From: Candidatus Wolfebacteria bacterium GW2011_GWB1_47_1
Lineage (GTDB): Bacteria > Patescibacteriota > Minisyncoccia > UBA6257 > UBA9933
DNA: 64,000 nucleotides
Reading direction: 5' to 3'
Assembly (NCBI GenBank): GCA_001029635.1
Contig: CP011209.1
Coordinates: 811,969-875,968 of the forward strand
Position 1 is the first letter of the stretch. Every line of letters starts with the position of its first letter. The notes under the pieces were generated by a model, which saw nothing but the letters and a program-made list of their open reading frames with translations, did not search any database and was not told the DNA's origin. Shown here piece by piece: positions 60,241 through 64,000 of the stretch. The position numbers were made by a program, and so were the translations under genes.

Positions 60241-60690
60241 TTATTTAGAAAATTGATAGAGCGAGCCGTCTTTCTTTGCTAATCCGTCAAATATCCTGAT
60301 GAGATCTTGCGGCAAGTGTTCTTCTTTTGCTAAATACATATCCGCCCCACTCTTTTTTGCCTCCTCGATATCCTTCTTGTCGGTATAGCCAGAAAAAACG
60401 ATCACCTTGATGTGCTTCATAGTTGCATCGCTCTTTATTGTTCGCAACACACTCAGCCCTGCTTCGGACGTCGTAATTTCCTTCCCATCTTTTTTCAAGG
60501 GCATCACGAGATCCAAAAATACGACGTCGATCTTTTTCTCCGGATCCCGCACAATCGCCAACGCTTCATCAACGCCTGACGCTATTTCCAAATGAAATTG
60601 GTTTCCCAACCCATGGAGCCAAAAAATGTCTTTAAAAAAGATTCTGATCACCTCATTATCGTCAACGAGGAGAATGTTTATTTTATCCAT
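60241..60690 (-). CDS. Single-domain response regulator (start at MDKINILL)
   Basis: LLVDD, FLDLVMP, VFSG, YLAK. Confidence 0.88.
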   Translation of the reverse strand: MDKINILLVDDNEVIRIFFKDIFWLHGLGNQFHLEIASGVDEALAIVRDPEKKIDVVFLDLVMPLKKDGKEITTSEAGLSVLRTIKSDATMKHIKVIVFSGYTDKKDIEEAKKSGADMYLAKEEHLPQDLIRIFDGLAKKDGSLYQFSK

Positions 60691-60886
60691 AGATACAATG
60701 CGTACTTTGCTATTACTATCATTATACAATATTCCCCTTTTTTTTGCACCCTCGGCAAACATAAAAGACGCTCCGTGCGTCTCTTTCTGTCCCCTTATCG
60801 ATCACAATACTACCGAGCAACGACATCAACACGTTGTTACACATCACCAAAAACGTCTACAGTAAACTAACTAATTTCTAACGAGG

Positions 60887-60960
60887 TGGACCCAACAGGA
60901 TTCGAACCTGTGACCTCTCGAATGTGAATCGAACGCTCTAACCAACTGAGCTATGAGTCC
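60887..60960 (-). tRNA. tRNA-Val(CAC)
   Basis: TTCGA-TTCACAT-TCGAG. Confidence 0.92.
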
Positions 60961-61285
60961 TTTTGCTATGTATTTTTAAAACCGCCTCAACCTACGCTAC
61001 CCGCAGGGTTCTAACTACCGCCTCGCTTTTGAACATATGCTCGGCGGCATCCCGGCACGTTGCACGTTCGTTTCACTCACTAGGCAGCGCGCGCGGAAAA
61101 ATAATGCGCGCCCTGCATTTCGTCGCGTTGCACACTCTCCGCCTATGGCGGATCCTTAGCAACGACACAAAGTCACAACGCCGAGGGTCAACTGAGCTAA
61201 GCGACCTCTTTATTCGTGTTTCCAGTATATACGATTTTCTTATATTTTCAACAAAAAAGAGGGCGGATTCCCGCCCCCCGCTGTG

Positions 61286-61693
61286 TTACGAAAGAAATTC
61301 ACTTCGCTCCCTTTCCGACAGAAAACCGTCGAACTGGCGCCAGAGGCGATTCGCTATCCCCTCGTCGTTCGTCAGATCCCATTCGTCTCTACTTCCATAC
61401 ATACACCAGGTATACTTCCCCCGATGCACGCAAAATACCGCGTCGTATCGCTTGCTCCCATCTCCAGCCGATACCTTCCATACTCTGATCGATATTTTAT
61501 GCTTCTTTGCCTTTTTCAGAATAAATGCGACGCCTTCCTTTTTTGACACGATCTTATGCCATATTTTTTCCTTGCGAGAACATACACCCTGAATCATGGC
61601 GACCATCGCCAACACCAGCATTACTGCCATCAGAAGTAATCCTTCTTTTTCTTCCGGCTGCTCATCGAACTCAGACTGCAATTCCTTCGCCAT
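61286..61693 (-). CDS. Hypothetical membrane protein
   Basis: AGGAGG SD, TTGACT-N18-TATAGT, downstream hairpin. Confidence 0.6.
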   Translation of the reverse strand: MAKELQSEFDEQPEEKEGLLLMAVMLVLAMVAMIQGVCSRKEKIWHKIVSKKEGVAFILKKAKKHKISIRVWKVSAGDGSKRYDAVFCVHRGKYTWCMYGSRDEWDLTNDEGIANRLWRQFDGFLSERERSEFLS

Positions 61694-61794
61694 AGCAAAC
61701 CTCCTATTTTATATAAGCTACTGGCAATACTATATCTATATTCTTTATATTTAGTCAAACAAAAAAACGACCCCAATGGGTCGTTTTTTTGTTG

Positions 61795-61918
61795 TAACGG
61801 TTATGCATTCGGATGAAATGCGAGGCGCGGGGAAATTGCCGAGGAAGATGTGCGGTAGCACTTCGACCGAGACAATAGGGTCCCGCAACACAGCAATTCG
61901 CCGAATCCATAGACGTTG
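61795..61918. repeat. 124-bp ERIC-like hairpin element, copy 2
   Basis: Starts 4 nt past the rplL stop; shares bulge motifs with copies 1 and 3. Confidence 0.82.
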
Positions 61919-61921
61919 AGC

Positions 61922-62278
61922 TTATTTCAACTCAACCACTGCTCCTGCATCCTCCAACTGCTTCTTCAAAGCTTCGGCATCTTCCTTCTTCATGCCTTCC
62001 TTGATTGCCTTCGGTGCTCCATCGACAAGGTCCTTTGCTTCCTTAAGACCCAATCCGGTTGCTTCCTTTACAACCTTGATGACATTGATCTTCTGCTCTC
62101 CCGCTGCCTTCAAGACAACGTCGAATGCAGACTTTTCTTCTGCCTCAACTGCTCCAGCACCTGCTCCAGCTGCTGCCGGCATTGCTGCTGATACGCCAAA
62201 CTTTTCTTCCAATGCGTGTACCAATTCCGCCAATTCAACGACGGTCATGGTTTCAATTTTTGCGATAATATCTTTCAT
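61922..62278 (-). CDS. rplL: 50S ribosomal protein L7/L12
   Basis: [29 protein letters not shown]. Confidence 0.98.
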   Translation of the reverse strand: MKDIIAKIETMTVVELAELVHALEEKFGVSAAMPAAAGAGAGAVEAEEKSAFDVVLKAAGEQKINVIKVVKEATGLGLKEAKDLVDGAPKAIKEGMKKEDAEALKKQLEDAGAVVELK

Positions 62279-62309
62279 AATAGTTTACATTAAATAATTA
62301 TTTTCACGG

Positions 62310-62434
62310 TAAGATTTTTATATTTAGATGGAGTGCGAGGCGCGGGAATGTCGACGAGGAGGGCGTACTAGACAGTACGACGACCGAGGCGACAAGGGCC
62401 CGCAACACAGCAATCCGCCAAATATATAATCTTA
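62310..62434. repeat. 125-bp ERIC-like hairpin element, copy 3, between rplJ and rplL
   Basis: TA-terminal inverted repeats; right TA lies in the rplJ stop codon. Confidence 0.82.
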
Positions 62435-62935
62435 CTTTGCTTCGACCATCTTACCTCTCTCAGTCAAGATATAGAGGAACATGCTGATTGGTGCTGAAAG
62501 CACGCCAACGAGCTGTGAAAGAAGTACTTCACGTGACGGCAACTGACCGATCTTCTTGGTCGTAACCGCATCCATGAACACCTTTCCTTCCATGTCGTAT
62601 GCTCCGTAGATATTGAATCCTTTCTTTTCCTTCGATTTGAAGAATTTAAAGACCGGACCAGCAACTTCAGAGATATCGGCGGTTGAGAAGATAGTTGCGA
62701 GTTGTGTCTCAAACTGCTCCGGATTGCATGCAACCCCGGCCTTTTCGAGCGACACGCGCAACAGCTTCTTGTTCACGACTCGCACAGTCGATCCGAGCGG
62801 ACGCAAGGTCTTTTTCAATTCCTTGATATCCTCCACGCCAGTTCCTGTGAAGTTGACGAACATCATATTCTTACTATTCTTGATCAGTTCCTGCGTTTCC
62901 GCAATGATCACTTTCTTTTGATCTCTTGTTTTCAT
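62432..62935 (-). CDS. rplJ: 50S ribosomal protein L10
   Basis: VVNKKLL, LPSREVLLSQLVGVLSAP; upstream of rplL. Confidence 0.93.
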   Translation of the reverse strand: MKTRDQKKVIIAETQELIKNSKNMMFVNFTGTGVEDIKELKKTLRPLGSTVRVVNKKLLRVSLEKAGVACNPEQFETQLATIFSTADISEVAGPVFKFFKSKEKKGFNIYGAYDMEGKVFMDAVTTKKIGQLPSREVLLSQLVGVLSAPISMFLYILTERGKMVEAK

Positions 62936-62994
62936 TGTGTTCTGCTTTTTGTTTTTTATCCTCGACCTTTTAAGCCATTTTTTTATTAAAAAAA

Positions 62995-63100
62995 CGGCAT
63001 ACCGCCGCAGAATAGTCCCTTTAGCGGGCTCAGGGCAAGCCCTAACCCACGCTGGGAGTTTCCTCGGTAGGGCTTACAAATGCCTACTGTCTACGGTATT
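62995..63100 (-). promoter_or_regulatory. Ribosomal protein L10 leader RNA
   Basis: CCGTAGACAGTAGG...TAA...CCTACCGAGG upstream of rplJ. Confidence 0.82.
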
Positions 63101-63214
63101 GGGTTTATATTAGCAGAATAACCAAATATGTCAATTGACATATTTAGCTTCCGAGGTATATAACCAATACAGATTCATCACAATTTCACATACCATTATT
63201 GGAAGGAGCTACCC

Positions 63215-63739
63215 ATGGCCACAAGTCACGACGTAGTAAAACTACATCAACGCGGTATTCGTAAGATCTGCGATATGGTCGGTCAAGCCATCGGCCTCGC
63301 AACGCGATCACTGGCCGATCCCACCAAAACCGGCGGATATTTCTGCCTCATGGATCTGCAAACCGGCGCAATTCTGACTACGACGATCATCGGCTCCGTA
63401 ACTCCCGAAAAGGCAATCAGATACAAATGGCTTGCGGAAGAAAAGGCTCTTCGCCTCTTCCGCCTCCATACCCTGTCCGATTCTCCTCATATCTCAAGCT
63501 ACCAAAGCAAGGATGAGAAAGAGGACAAATGGGGAGGCTCCGTCTTAGGGAACCGTTTCATCTATTCGTTTTCCGGCTTCCCGCAGATCATCGACGAGAT
63601 AGCCATGCTCGCCACGGCTCTTAACTTTGGCGACATGCCACTCGACAGAGCCCAGGAGATCATGCTCATTTCCAAAGCTCAAACACTCACGGCAGACGAA
63701 GCCAGAGCCAGGGACGCTATCCTACAGATAACAGTGTAG
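63215..63739 (+). CDS. Hypothetical protein, possibly GlcG/heme-binding-like fold
   Basis: AEEKA...WGG...SFSG...DE pattern; GGAAGGAG SD. Confidence 0.6.
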   Translation: MATSHDVVKLHQRGIRKICDMVGQAIGLATRSLADPTKTGGYFCLMDLQTGAILTTTIIGSVTPEKAIRYKWLAEEKALRLFRLHTLSDSPHISSYQSKDEKEDKWGGSVLGNRFIYSFSGFPQIIDEIAMLATALNFGDMPLDRAQEIMLISKAQTLTADEARARDAILQITV

Positions 63740-63782
63740 TATGAACCTTCCCAAATCAATCCCCGCATTACTGCGGGGTTTT

Positions 63783-64000
63783 TTATTCCCTCCAATCTTC
63801 CATTTCGCGAATGATCTCTGCCGGTAGCGGCTCTCCCGGTACTGTCTTCCCTGGATAGCGCCATGCCGAGATAACTCTTCGCTCGCTCGGCGTTTCCACA
63901 AGCATGACCCAGATTTCCTGATTCCAATCTTCGGCGCCTTTGATCGTGCTTATCATCGACACCGGTTGCATTATAGCGATCGTATTTTCAGCAACACCCT
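63783..64000 (-). CDS. Hypothetical protein (5' end beyond window)
   Basis: Open frame ending QEIWVM...VISAWRYPG. Confidence 0.65.
   Translation of the reverse strand, partial: GVAENTIAIMQPVSMISTIKGAEDWNQEIWVMLVETPSERRVISAWRYPGKTVPGEPLPAEIIREMEDWRE

Overview
A 64-kb chromosomal segment from a small-genome bacterium. It is most likely Patescibacteria/CPR (Parcubacteria-like), inferred from an unlinked 23S-5S locus with insertions, a CPR-type VirB4/PrgI/VirB6/pilin cluster, trimmed ValRS/MurF/UvrD, and many tRNAs lacking encoded CCA. It carries core genes (tpiA, valS, galT, mrdA, rsmA, uvrD/pcrA, comM, recG, rlmN, mraZ-rsmH-ftsL-ftsI-murF, rplJ-rplL), 10 intact tRNAs and many ORFans. The main system is a complete diversity-generating retroelement (DGR) at about 46.9-49.5 kb: RT, avd, template repeat (TR), and a target gene whose variable repeat differs from TR at 20 of 122 positions, all at TR adenines. 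Its avd gene is frameshifted at a C14 tract just after its only upstream ATG, which suggests a phase-variable on/off switch for mutagenesis. The intergenic DNA holds several dispersed hairpin-repeat families whose stems differ in sequence but keep their pairing, length and bulges: a 136-138 bp family and a 124-125 bp ERIC-like family fused to stop codons. It also has dRS3/CGTC-like REPs (one in frame inside rsmA), a recurrent 27-31 bp palindrome, antisense copies of tRNA 3' ends, and tRNA fragments disrupted by mini-palindromes. All calls are by eye; no database searches were run.
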